A stretch of DNA of 64,000 nt from Eledone cirrhosa (lineage: Eukaryota), in NCBI GenBank assembly GCA_964016885.1, contig OZ024741.1, positions 78,306,001 to 78,370,000 of the forward strand, in the 5' to 3' direction. This document shows positions 12,020 to 24,000 of this stretch, piece by piece. Within the stretch, counting starts at the first letter, position 1. Each line of letters starts with the position of its first letter. Position numbers and translations under genes: made by a program. A model generated the notes under the pieces. That model ran no database searches, was not told the DNA's origin, and worked only from the letters and a program-made list of their open reading frames with translations.

Positions 12020-13511
12020 CATCCTCAGAGTGGTGCCACCAAGTCCCAGGCTCACACAATGTGGCTTTGTATTGAGAAGGGTTTGCTGTGTGGAGAATGA
12101 CCGGCTCCAAAACTGGGGTGCCACTGTGAGAATAGTTCGGCACCGCCAACTGGCATTTCCCTCCTTATAGTGGTGTCATCCAGTGCCGGACTCCGAAACT
12201 GGTTGCGCTGTAAGAGGGGTTTGGCATGGCAATGGGCCTGCCTTTCCTCATAGTGGAGTCACACGTAATTTTATATTGAGTAGGGTTCGTTGCCTGGAAA
12301 GTGTCTTTGAAATTGGGGCACCTCTGTGAAAAGGGTTTGGTGCAGCCAACTGGCCTGTCCCTCTTCATAGTGGTGTCATCCAGTCCCAGGCTGCCAGAGC
12401 CCAGTTTTGTATTGAGAAATGTCTGTTGCGTGGGGAGTGCCCAGCTTCAAAACTGGGGTGCCGCTGTGAGAAGGGTTTGGCATGGCCAACTGGCTTGTCC
12501 CTCCTCATAGTGGTATCACTGTTCCCTTCCCATAGTGGTGCTATCCAATGTCAGGCTCCCAAACTCTGTTTCCGCACCTGTCCCTCCTCATAGTGGTGTC
12601 ATCCAGTACCAGGCACCAAAACTGTGGTAACGTTGAATGCGTTTCACAGGGCTGACTGCCCCTCCCCCCTCAAAGTGGTTTGGTATGGCCAACTGGCCTG
12701 TCCCTCCTCATAATGGAGCCATCTGTAAACATGGTTGGTATTAGGCAACCAGCTGTAAAATACCCTGCCAAATTTACAGTCCTTGCCGAAGCAAGGTGCA
12801 ACACATGGCTAACCCTGGCCAGACTTGCCTCCCAACGTGGATGATCCATCTAATCCATGCAAACATGGAAAAATGGATGTTAAACGATGATGATGATGGT
12901 GAAACTGCAGTGGGTTGGACTTCGTTTGGCCAGATGTTTCTCATAACATGCCCACCCAGCCAGTACACAGGCTCTGTGCAGCCAACTGGTTAGCCTTCCT
13001 GCCATGAACAAGGTATGGTACTGCCAACTGGCCAGACCTGTCTGATAATGGTACCACCCAGTCCCACACAGTAAATGTGGTTGGTGTTAGGAAAGGCATT
13101 CAACAGCTGTAAAAATCTCAGCCAAAATACAGGTTCCACTATGAGCAAGGTTCGACGCAGCCAACTTGCAAGACCCCTTTCATATCAAGACCACCCAGTT
13201 CTACACTGTAAATGTGGTTGGTGTAGGAAGGGCATCCAGCTGTAAAAAATGACCAAATTACAGTTCTGTTTGAGCAAAGTATGACACATCTAACTGGCCA
13301 GAGCCCTCTCATAACAGGGCCACCCAGTTACACACTATAAAGGTGGTTGGTGTTAGGGAGGGTATCTAGCTGTAAAAAAAATGGCCAAAATACAGTTCCA
13401 TTTGAGCAAGGTACAGTTAGCTGTCTAACTGGCCAGACGTGCCTCATAACTTGGACGTCTTGTCAAACCCATGCAAGCATGGAAAATAAGGCGTTAAATG
13501 ATGATGATGAT
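12020..13511 (+). repeat. Tandemly amplified SINE/LINE-tail-derived repeats
   Basis: Recurrent gccaactggcctgtccctcctcatagtgg units, then ~130-bp units containing cacactgtaaatgtggttggtgttaggaagggc. (GAT)n tails at about 12890 and 13500. Confidence 0.75.
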
Positions 13512-13679
13512 AATATATATACACAAGTGTATACATGTGCACATACAGAAACACAAACCCAAGAGGTTGCATATATCATGCAACACCGACAAAGAAATAC
13601 AAAAATAACCAGACTTGTGTCTGTGTGTGAATGTGTATGTGCGTGTGTGTAAGAAAACACGAGGGGGAGGAGGATGCAT

Positions 13680-14249
13680 ATATGTATATCTACACTAATG
13701 AGGGCATACAAACATTCATAAAATTCCATATACACTAACAATAATATGTTTGTATACTGAAATACAGTTTGTAGACAAATAGATACAGATTAATTTGAAC
13801 AGATCATTATCATCATTTTATGGCCCCTTCATTTATATGTGTGCCCCAGCATGGTCTCAGCCTGTTGGAACCCATATTAGAGTAATATATATGTTATAAA
13901 GAAGAGATACACAATGTATTCGTGAGTTTTATATAAAATGATATTCGATTTGTTTGCAAGCAAACAGCCTCATAATGCTGTTTTTTAGATGACCATCGCC
14001 ATCCTTTTGTTCTAGCAGTGACAGAGAGAAACAACTGACAATATTGTTTATAGGTTATTCCCCTTTGTTAAGATTGTGTATCTTTCTTCCGTCACTCATT
14101 AGAACTGTTGAGATTATATAGTATTCCTAAAGTATACATCGGTTAATTAGCCTAATTCGCATTTCAAGCGATTTTACAGCTGGCTTTGCCGAAAATTAAA
14201 ACTCTACTTCCGTACTGAGTACTCTTTTCTCTTAGCTGTCAACCACATA

Positions 14250-14319
<70 letters not shown>

Positions 14320-14439
14320 AGTTATGTAATAAACAACATAAGATAATTATTTCATTTACCAAATATGTATATCTACACTAATGAGGGCATACAAACATTC
14401 ATAAAATTCCATATACACTAACAATAATATGTTTGTATA
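13680..14439 (+). repeat. Perfect 77-bp direct repeat (13680-13756 / 14363-14439) overlapping a degenerate hammerhead motif
   Basis: The two strings are identical. tctaca-CTAATGA...hairpin...GAAA-tacagtt-tgtaga at 13689-13775. Confidence 0.7.
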
Positions 14440-15677
14440 ACTAAAAAGTTCTGTAGCCTACATAGAGCACTCTCTTTTCCTTTACCTTTCCTACAGAAAT
14501 ACTTCAATATATATATATATATATATACACTCATAACAATACATATATATCCATTAAGTATTGATGGTTATGAGTAGAAATTGATAATCATATTACAGTT
14601 GAGTCAATGTCTTGTTACTCAGGAGTTTTACCTGTATGTTTACAGGGTCATCAAAGAGCCAGAACTGTCTGATGACCCCGGTCATATTTTTATGGTAAAA
14701 GATATGACTTATACAATATATAGTAATAGAGATGTTTTAGCTCCCTACATTAAGTATGTAAGTGTCAACTTTACTATGTTTTTTGTTTACACGTATGTTA
14801 CTCGGTTCCCCTTCTCTCTCCAGTTATTATTTCAATGACATTGTTGTTGTCATCAATCTAGTATCATTCTGTCACCACTAGGCCACACAACAAGCAAAGT
14901 TAAAATCCAAATAAATCTACACTTAAGAGAGACTGTAGGATTAAGTTAATTGAAGGAATGTTTGTGTAACTGCTCAAGAGTTCTCTTAATAAACTCTTTT
15001 AGTGTCTTCTGAGAATTCTTCTAGTGCCATTTACAATTTAGCTCGACAAAGTTCAAAAGTTAAATACAGTAGATGACAAAGACAAAGATGATAATGATGG
15101 TGATGATGATTGAATGGTAGTTTAAGTGTTTTAAGTTATGAATTATAGGTTAACATGCCCAAAGAGAAATATAACTCACCCTTGGGTGGGTGCAATGGGA
15201 GGAATATTGTTGTTGGTAGTGGTAGTGGTGGTTGACGATATAAAACAATATAATTCACAAGTGTGTTTTTGTTAACTAGCAGTGTTGGTTTCAAATATTC
15301 ATATAAATATATATATATATATATCAACATCATCATCGTTAACATCTTCCATGCTAGCATGGGTTAGATGGGTTTGTCCCATTTGAAGCAAGTTGGGTCA
15401 GGTGACCGTGTCTCGCTCATATAGGACTGTTTCTGGCTGGTTTTCTACGGTTGGATGCCCTTCCTAACACCAACCACATTTACAGTGTGCTGGGTACTTT
15501 TTGCCATGTCTCTTACATGGCCACTTTACAGTGTGAGCTGGATGTCTTGTGATACCAACATTTGTGTGTGTGTATGTGTTTTTGTGTTTGTCATGTCTAT
15601 ATGTGTTTTATGTGTGTGTGGATTTGTATTGTTTGCCGTTTGTGTATTTTGTGTGTGTGTGTGTCGTTATTCTGTCT

Positions 15678-16079
15678 TTAGTCATTAAGTTGGGGGTTGT
15701 TACTATTCCACTCATGTTTTCTATTCAGACTAGGACTATATTCTATTATGTAAGTGGCCTCCGTAATTTGTCTGAGTATTGCATCAGTCCTATGTGTGGA
15801 TAGGTTCTTTATTTCTATGTTATCTATTGAGCCCTGGTGTTCTAGTTAGGCATGTTGGTATAGCACTGATGAACTTTTCTCTTCCTTAAGTTCTCACCAA
15901 TGTTCCTTTAATCCGTCTTCTATACTACAGGCGGTCTCTCCTATATATGATGTTGTCTTTATTCTGCAACATCCCTCTGCTCAATAGATAACATAGAAAT
16001 AAAAATCCTATCCACACATAGAACTGACACAACACTCAGACAAATTATGGAAACCACTCACATAATAGAAGATAGTCCT
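15678..16079 (-). mobile_element. Penelope-like GIY-YIG endonuclease relic (15678-15978, minus) with adjacent inverted partial copy (15979-16079, plus)
   Basis: Manual translation gives SYIGETACSIEDGLKEHW*...SVLYQHA*LEHQG...LRQITEATYIIEYSPSLNRKHEW. Inverted repeat at 15732-15832 / 15979-16079. Confidence 0.85.
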
Positions 16080-16555
16080 CCTCATTGAGGAAGTTACAGA
16101 AAGGATGACAAGAACTTTGGTAAACATATGAATAATGAACAATAAAGATAAAGTGAAAATTATATGGTGCGTGTGTTTCTTTCTATTGGCAATATTGGTA
16201 ACATGACCATCCCCAAATATACCAAATATAACACTATCAGTTTCAACACACGATTTCACATCAAGAATCTTTCAGAACAAATATATTTATATATTTTGAC
16301 TACTGAAAATAGTATAATAATAATAGACTGTATAAGCCCCTAGAACAGAAAAAAAATGTTTATATATATCATCATCATCATCATATATATATAAACATTT
16401 ATAAATGTGACATTTTATTGGAATTGAAAGGAGGTGAGACAGGGTAGGTGGATGGAAATAACTGAAAAGCCTCAGTGTTGACATAAAATTAATTGACAAA
16501 AACAGAATTACAGTCACATTCTAAAGGTTTTCAGAAAGGAAATACTTATTTTTTA

Positions 16556-16655
16556 AAGAAGAAGAAGAAGAAGAAGAAGAAGAAGAAGAAGAAAAAGAAG
16601 AAGAAGAAGAAAAAGAAGAAGCAGAAGAAAAAGGAGGAGGAGGAGGAGAAGAGGA
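16556..16655. repeat. (GAA)n/(GGA)n microsatellite
   Basis: Direct reading. Confidence 0.95.
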
Positions 16656-18039
16656 AATGCATACAAAGACCCAGCCAAAAAGAAAATGTTTCCTTGTTTT
16701 AATTACAAATACAAACAAAAGAACTTCCCCCTCTACCCATCTCTTCCTACTGCTAAAAAGATACACTGGGAAGGAATGGGAAAAGAAATTATGATTTCCA
16801 TTTCAATAAACAACATGCAAGATTTTTTGACTGACTAAAACCAGTTGGAATCCAAACAAGTGCCAAGAGAATTGGTGCAAAAGTAAAAAACAACATATGG
16901 GACCAGTGCAAGCAAGGGTTTTATTATTTATATATGGTTCAAAGAGGCAGTGAATTGGCAGAGTTGTTAAAACAACAGATTCAATGTGTTCCAGCTCAGT
17001 GTGTTCTGAGTTCAAATCTTGCCAAACTTTGCCTTTCATCATTTCAATGTGGATGATAAAAGCATTAGTCCAATACGGGGATTGATTTTTCCTCTATATC
17101 TATTTTTCACCACTTCCTCTCCATCACTCTCTCTCTATGGAAGAAATTGGCTGAGTTCAGACCTGGAGGAGGATGGACTCTGTCAGTTTTCAAATGTATG
17201 ACACTATAGCACCCATATGATTCTATCAGAGTTACAGGTCCATATATATATATTTATATATAATTCGTTTTTGTATTTGTTTTGCAAGATTTCCTATCTG
17301 AAAACGTGTGTTGAATCAAATATTGTTATACTTTGGGAGGGTCATGTTGCCTATAAAAACACATGCATCTGCTGGTATTTCACTTCAATTTATTGTAAAC
17401 TCCCAGTCGGATTAGTTTAATAACTGGATGGTTGTTTAGTTGTTGATAATAATAATAGTTTCTTTATTAACCCCAAAGAGTTTACAAAAAATACATTAAG
17501 GACAGCACAAGAGGGTACAGGACAGTACAAATATGAATTCCTGTATGTAAAAAAGGAAACAAAAACACAAGATGTAACAAAAAAATTGGAAACAAAGGAA
17601 AAATCCCCAATATGGGGGAGACTACGAGGGTTACTCATGGAGAAATCTCACAAAAGCCTTGGTCACCCTGATCACTAGGGCAAGTGCCCTCTCCCAGTTT
17701 TCCTCCTACAATATTACAGGCACACACTCAGAGCAGGCCCATTCACACGGGCCATTCTTGCCTCTCTCACCCGTCTTTCAACAACACTTCCTTCTTCATC
17801 CTGATTTTCCTTTTCAGGTGAAACCTGAAAAAGTTAATGAGAGCGTCACTGAAGAGGAAAGTGCCCATCTTCAACCTTTTGAGACGCGTCCACCATACAA
17901 CCTCTCTCACCATGGCCACTAGGCAGATAAAACCTGCCTGCCCTTCCTAGTTAAAGGAATATTAATGATTTCTTTATTAACCACAAAGGATTTACAAAAA
18001 ATATATATTAATAATAATAATAATTATTATTATTATTTG

Positions 18040-18295
18040 GACAACATGCTTTGTGGCATAGAGTTTATGACCCTTTATATTCTGAGTTCAAATCCCGCCG
18101 AGGTTAGCTTTGCCTTTCATCCTTACAGGGTCGATAAAATAATGCACCAGTAATGCACTGGGGTTGATTTAATCGACTTTCCCCTCCCCTAAAATTGTTG
18201 GTCTTGTGCCTAAATCAGAAACCATTATTATTATTAGTATCAGTAATGCACTGGGTAATTGCTGGCCTTGTGCCAAAAGTAGAAACAATTATTAT
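18040..18295 (+). mobile_element. tRNA-derived SINE family S2 (Meta-domain-like core)
   Basis: B-box-like gagttcaaatccc followed by gccgaggttagctttgcctttcatccttacagggtcgataaaa. A degenerate copy lies at 16950-17090. Confidence 0.8.
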
Positions 18296-18819
18296 TATTA
18301 TTTCATTATTGGTTACTAGAGCTGAAATATAAAGGACAATACAAAAACAGGGACAGTGGTGATTTACATCAAAACGTGTAAAAATGGTAACAGGTAACAA
18401 TTAACAACAAATTAATAACAACAAAGTTCTTCAATAAGGGGAGTACCATCCAGGAGTAATTTAAGAACTCCACAGATCCTAAACAACCCTAATCTCCAAG
18501 AACAACATCAGAAGGTGCCCCTCTCCTCTTTATACTCTCCAGCCTAGAGGCACATGGTCAGAGTAGGCCCATTTACTTGGGTCATCCTTGCTGTATGCAC
18601 TAACGACACTGAATGTAAATGTGATGAGAGTTTGGAGACACCATGGAGGACAAGAGGTGCTTTGTAGCCGGCAGTCGATGGGACAACCTGATGGAATGCA
18701 CTTGGTACTCCCTGAAAAGTGGCAGATAGACTGAATCAACAAATGGATGTATGATGATGATGATATTACATGCAAGCATGCATGCATACATACATATTAA
18801 GGAAAACAACATTAAAAAC

Positions 18820-19033
18820 AAATGAGGAGGAATATGTTGAGATAGATGGCACCTTCAGCTTCATACCAAGCATTATTGGAGCTACAGGTTATATACCAAC
18901 CCGCTTGGACCAAAGTATGACTGAACTAAGATTTGTAGACAAAGAGCGCAGCTCCCTAATTCATAGACTACAAATGGCTGTGATAGCTGGCACCTTCAAA
19001 ATTTGCAAAACATTCTTGCGATTCAAAGGATGA
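18820..19033 (+). mobile_element. Non-LTR retrotransposon C-terminal relic (R4/Dong-like restriction-like endonuclease end)
   Basis: IPSIIGATGYIP...LQMAVIAGTFKICKTFL. Confidence 0.55.
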
Positions 19034-19406
19034 CAATTTCTTTTCTTTTACAACCTTGCCACCAGGAAGGTGGCCGGTCAAAAATGTACTCAAAATTAAA
19101 ATAAAGAAAGAAAGGCATATGTACTACATGCATACATACGTACATACATATGTACATACATACAAACAAAGAAACAAACAAAGGCAACATTGGTGCAATT
19201 TGAACTTAGGAAGTAGAAAGATGAAGCAAAACACTTTAAAACATTTAGACATATGTCCTCCTGTTTCTTCCAGCCCCAGCTCAATATTGTGTAGCTCATT
19301 AAATAGACAGACAGACAGATAGATAGATAGAGAAAATATATATATATATATATATATATATAATCATCATCATTGTTTAACGTCTATCTTCCATGCTAGC
19401 ATGGGT

Positions 19407-19819
<413 letters not shown>

Positions 19820-19957
19820 AATTGGAATAAATGCTCTGAAATAGCGATATATATGTGAATATAGACATAGAATATTCGAAAATATTCTGTATGTTTATAA
19901 TAAACATTTTGAAGACCTAATCGCTATAGAATAGAATACGTCACGTATTACAATTAG

Positions 19958-20046
19958 ATTCTCGATAAAAGCAAGGGAAGTAATCTACGCGTTTCATTCT
20001 TGTTAGAAATCATCAGGACTACATATCCAGTGCTTTTATCGAGAAT
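19958..20046 (-). ncRNA. Type I hammerhead ribozyme, family A
   Basis: Reverse complement of the 20611-20699 motif. Confidence 0.85.
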
Positions 20047-20267
20047 GACACAGCTAGAGACTTATAGAATACTTAGCTGTGTACAGGAACTGGTTTGAAA
20101 GAGCGGTTGCCGGTCCGGCAGAAATTAGAAATTGGAATAAATGCTCTGAAATAGCGATATATATGTGAATATAGACATAGAATATTCGAAAATATTCTGT
20201 ATGTTTATAATAAACATTTTGAAGACCTAATCGCTATAGAATAGAATACGTCACGTATTACAATTAG

Positions 20268-20356
20268 ATTCTCGATAAAAGCAAGGGAAGTAATCTACGC
20301 GTTTCATTCTTGTTAGAAATCATCAGGACTACATATCCAGTGCTTTTATCGAGAAT
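20268..20356 (-). ncRNA. Type I hammerhead ribozyme, family A
   Basis: Reverse complement of the 20611-20699 motif. Confidence 0.85.
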
Positions 20357-20610
20357 GACACAGCTAGAGACTTATAGAATACTTAGCTGTGTACAGGAAC
20401 TGGTTTGAAAGAGCGGTTGCCGGTCCGGCAGAAATTAGAAATTGGAATAAATGCTCTGAAATAGCGATATATATGTGAATATAGACATAGAATATTCGAG
20501 CATTTATTCAGAGCATTTATTCCAATTTCTAATTTCTGCCGGACCGGCAACCGCTCTTTCAAACCAGTTCCTGTACACAGCTAAGTATTCTATAAGTCTC
20601 TAGCTGTGTC

Positions 20611-20699
20611 ATTCTCGATAAAAGCACTGGATATGTAGTCCTGATGATTTCTAACAAGAATGAAACGCGTAGATTACTTCCCTTGCTTTTATCGAGAAT
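20611..20699 (+). ncRNA. Type I hammerhead ribozyme, family A
   Basis: gtagtc-CTGATGA-t ttct aaca agaa t-GAAAC-gc-GTA/gattac. Stem I is extended by a 16-bp attctcgataaaagca / tgcttttatcgagaat helix beyond an internal loop. Stem III is the palindrome ACGCGT. Confidence 0.88.
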
Positions 20700-20920
20700 C
20701 TAATTGTAATACGTGACGTATTCTATTCTATAGCGATTAGGTCTTCAAAATGTTTATTATAAACATACAGAATATTTTCGAATATTCTATGTCTATATTC
20801 ACATATATATCGCTATTTCAGAGCATTTATTCCAATTTCTAATTTCTGCCGGACCGGCAACCGCTCTTTCAAACCAGTTCCTGTACACAGCTAAGTATTC
20901 TATAAGTCTCTAGCTGTGTC

Positions 20921-21009
20921 ATTCTCGATAAAAGCACTGGATATGTAGTCCTGATGATTTCTAACAAGAATGAAACGCGTAGATTACTTCCCTTGCTTTT
21001 ATCGAGAAT
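20921..21009 (+). ncRNA. Type I hammerhead ribozyme, family A
   Basis: Same motif, 310 bp downstream. Confidence 0.88.
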
Positions 21010-21093
21010 CTAATTGTAATACGTGACGTATTCTATTCTATAGCGATTAGGTCTTCAAAATGTTTATTATAAACATACAGAATATTTTCGAAT

Positions 21094-24000
21094 CTCTCTC
21101 TCTCTCTCTCTTAGCTACACACACACACACACATATATATATAAGATAAATTCCCGTTCATGTTTATTCACTTTCGCCAAACAATTGCTGCTTCAACTAC
21201 CCCTACTACGGTGTAACCATGTAATCGTAACGTTCACGTTTTTCCTATCTCCTCCACACACCACAATTTCGTACAAACATCCAATCCCGCAAAATCCGAA
21301 ATCTGTATTTTTTGTTATTTATTAAGGTTTAAATACGGTGTTTTTGTCGTATTGAACAGAACAAATCTTGCAGTTTTGCTTTTTGTTACTCGCTGGTAAA
21401 CATTCATAACCTTCCAGCTAGCTACCCCACATCCCTCCCACCCGCCCCCACACACCACCATTCTTAATACGTGGACCAATCATAAGCCAGAGACCCCCCC
21501 CACACGCATCACCATTATTACTATAAGCCAGAGACCCCCCCCCCACACGCATCACCATTATTATTATTACGCGGACCAATCATAAGCCAGAGGCCTATAC
21601 TATCGCTTGCACGGTTGCCTTCGATATATGATGGATGGATGGATTGATGGACGGACTGCGGAATCCTGGAGAGTGGAGGGGAGAGAAAAATCTGGACGCT
21701 CAGAGCGAAAATGCCAATGCTAAAGTCAAATTCACCTCGTGGACGAGAATGCGAGCACTCTTCTTTGTTTCGCCCGCGGATGGCTAACATAACCCCATCT
21801 CCCCCCGCCCCACACCACCCCCACCCTCCAAACGCGATCCAAAACTTCAGAGTTGGTACCATAAATGTAGGCACCCTAAAGGGGCGCGCTAACGAGGTTG
21901 TAGAAATGCTTGAACGTAAGGAGGTCGATGTTTGTTGTATTCAAGAGACCAGGTGGAGGGGTGGGTCTGCTAGATTCATTGAGGGTAAAAAACGATGTTA
22001 TAAGCTTTTCTGGGTGGGAAACGACGATGGGCTGGGTGGAGTAGGAATCATGGTAGCAGAAAAGTGGGCGGATAAGATAATAGACGTAAATAGAGTGAAC
22101 GACAGAATAATTAAAATACGACTTGTCCTCAATAGAACTACGGTGACAGTAATATCTGCGTATGCACCCCAATCCGGACTGCCCGGCACTATAAAAGACA
22201 GATTCTATGAGACACTGATGCTCACTACCTCCCAAATATCTGACAGTGACTATATAATTATTGCAGGCGACCTAAATGGTCACGTTGGGGAACATTGTGA
22301 CGGCTACGACGAAATCCATGGAGGCTATGGGTTTGGTACTAGAAATGAGGAAGGCTCCAGAATCCTGGAATTCTGTGATGCAAATAACCTAACTATCTGT
22401 AACACTAACTTCAAAAAACGTGACAATCACCTGATCACCTATAGATCCGGGGAACACACAAGCCAGGTAGATTATATCCTTACCAGAAGACGTGACAGAG
22501 TGTCTGTTGTAAACACTAAATCCCTCCCCCATGAAGAATGCACCTCCCAACATAGACTGATAATTAGCGACCTCATAGTCAGGTCGAGACGTACTCGACA
22601 GCAGAAGAGGACTATCCTCAGGAGAAAAATATGGAAGCTAAAGGACCCCACAGTCAAAAATAAATTTCAAAACATATTACTTGATGCTTTCGACAGTAAG
22701 GAAGAACACTTAGAGTCGGACAATATAGAGGGACAGTGGGAATTTCTGAAAGCAAACCTGCTGTTGGCCACAGACGAAGTCTGTGGCTGGAGCAGGCCTG
22801 TAGGCAGGAGGAGAGTAACATGGTGGTGGAACAGTAAGGTGGAGGAGTCAATTAAGGCCAAAAAGCAGGCTTGGAAAGTATGGCGGGATGGGGGAAGTAG
22901 AGTAGACTATCAAGTGGCCAGGAGGGAAGCTAGGAGAGAAGTGTACTTAGCAAGAAGGGAAGCTGAGGAAAGAAAGTTCAAGCATGTCCTACAACGCGAT
23001 GACCAAAAACGTGAGGTGTTCAGGATTGCTAGGCAATGCGTCAAGGAAAACCGTGATATTGTCGGGGAGAAGTGTGTACTTAACGATGATGGCATACTTG
23101 CCATCACCGACACTGATAAGAAGGCAGCTTGGAAGTGTCACTATGAAAGGCTACTAAATGAGGAGAATAAATGGGAGAAAGACAGTCTCCCCCATGTCGA
23201 CCCAATAGAGGGACCAGCAGTGTTAGTCGAGGGGAGTATAATAAGTAAGGCAATCAAGGATATGAAGACAGGTAAGGCGGCTGGGCCTTCGGAAATAGTT
23301 GCTGAGATGCTGAAGGCATCTGGCACGGTGGGACACACCATGGTCACCCGCATAGTTAACCAAGTCGTACAGAATGGGGCTGTTCCGAAGGACTGGCATA
23401 GCAGCATCATCGTTAACTGTTATAAGGGTAAAGGAGACGCCCTAGATAGGAGTAACTATAGAGGCATTAAATTAATCGACCAGGTCATGAAGGTCACAGA
23501 AAAAGTAATAGCGCAACTAATCAGAGAGAGAATTGACCTAGATGAAATGCAGTTCGGGTTTGTGTCAGGCAAAAGTACCACAGACGCTCTTTTCATAGTA
23601 CGACAACTACAGGAGAAGTACCTAGCTAAAGGTAAACCCCTCTACTTAGCTTTTGTCGACTTGGAGAAAGCCTTCGACAGAGTCCCCCGCTCCATTATCT
23701 GGTGGGCTCTTAGAAAACTAGGCGTTGACGAATGGCTTGTGAGGGCTATACAAGCCATGTATAAAGAAACAGTCAGCAAGGTTAGAATTAACAACGAATA
23801 TAGTGAAGAGTTTAGCGTAAAAGTTGGCGTCCATCAGGGCTCTGTTCTCAGCCCCCTACTATTTATTATTGCCCTTCAGGCTATAACAGAGGAGTTCAAG
23901 ACAGGCTGCCCATGGGAACTCCTATACGCAGACGACCTGACACTCATAGCGGAATCAATGGCCGAGCTAGAGAAGAAATTCCAAACATGGAAGCACGGCC

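Larger units (their letters stand above)
19819..21093. repeat. 310-bp tandem array (family A, retrozyme/pLTR-like): ~2.2 minus units (19819-20499) inverted against ~1.9 plus units (20507-21093)
   Basis: Period 310 (for example attctcgata at 20611 and 20921). Units appear identical. The array resumes at 25251 after the LINE. Confidence 0.95.

Noticed and set aside
14669-14712. CTGATGA followed by a strong hairpin
   Set aside because: No downstream GAAAC..UH and no stem I partner.
15180-15275. Possible RhoGEF exon ending at a GTGAGT donor
   Set aside because: The nearest acceptor gives an in-frame stop in the required phase.
19819-21093. 310-bp array (and the 41-bp and 13-bp repeats) as a CRISPR array
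   Set aside because: No unique spacers, wrong unit sizes, no cas genes, and a eukaryotic context.
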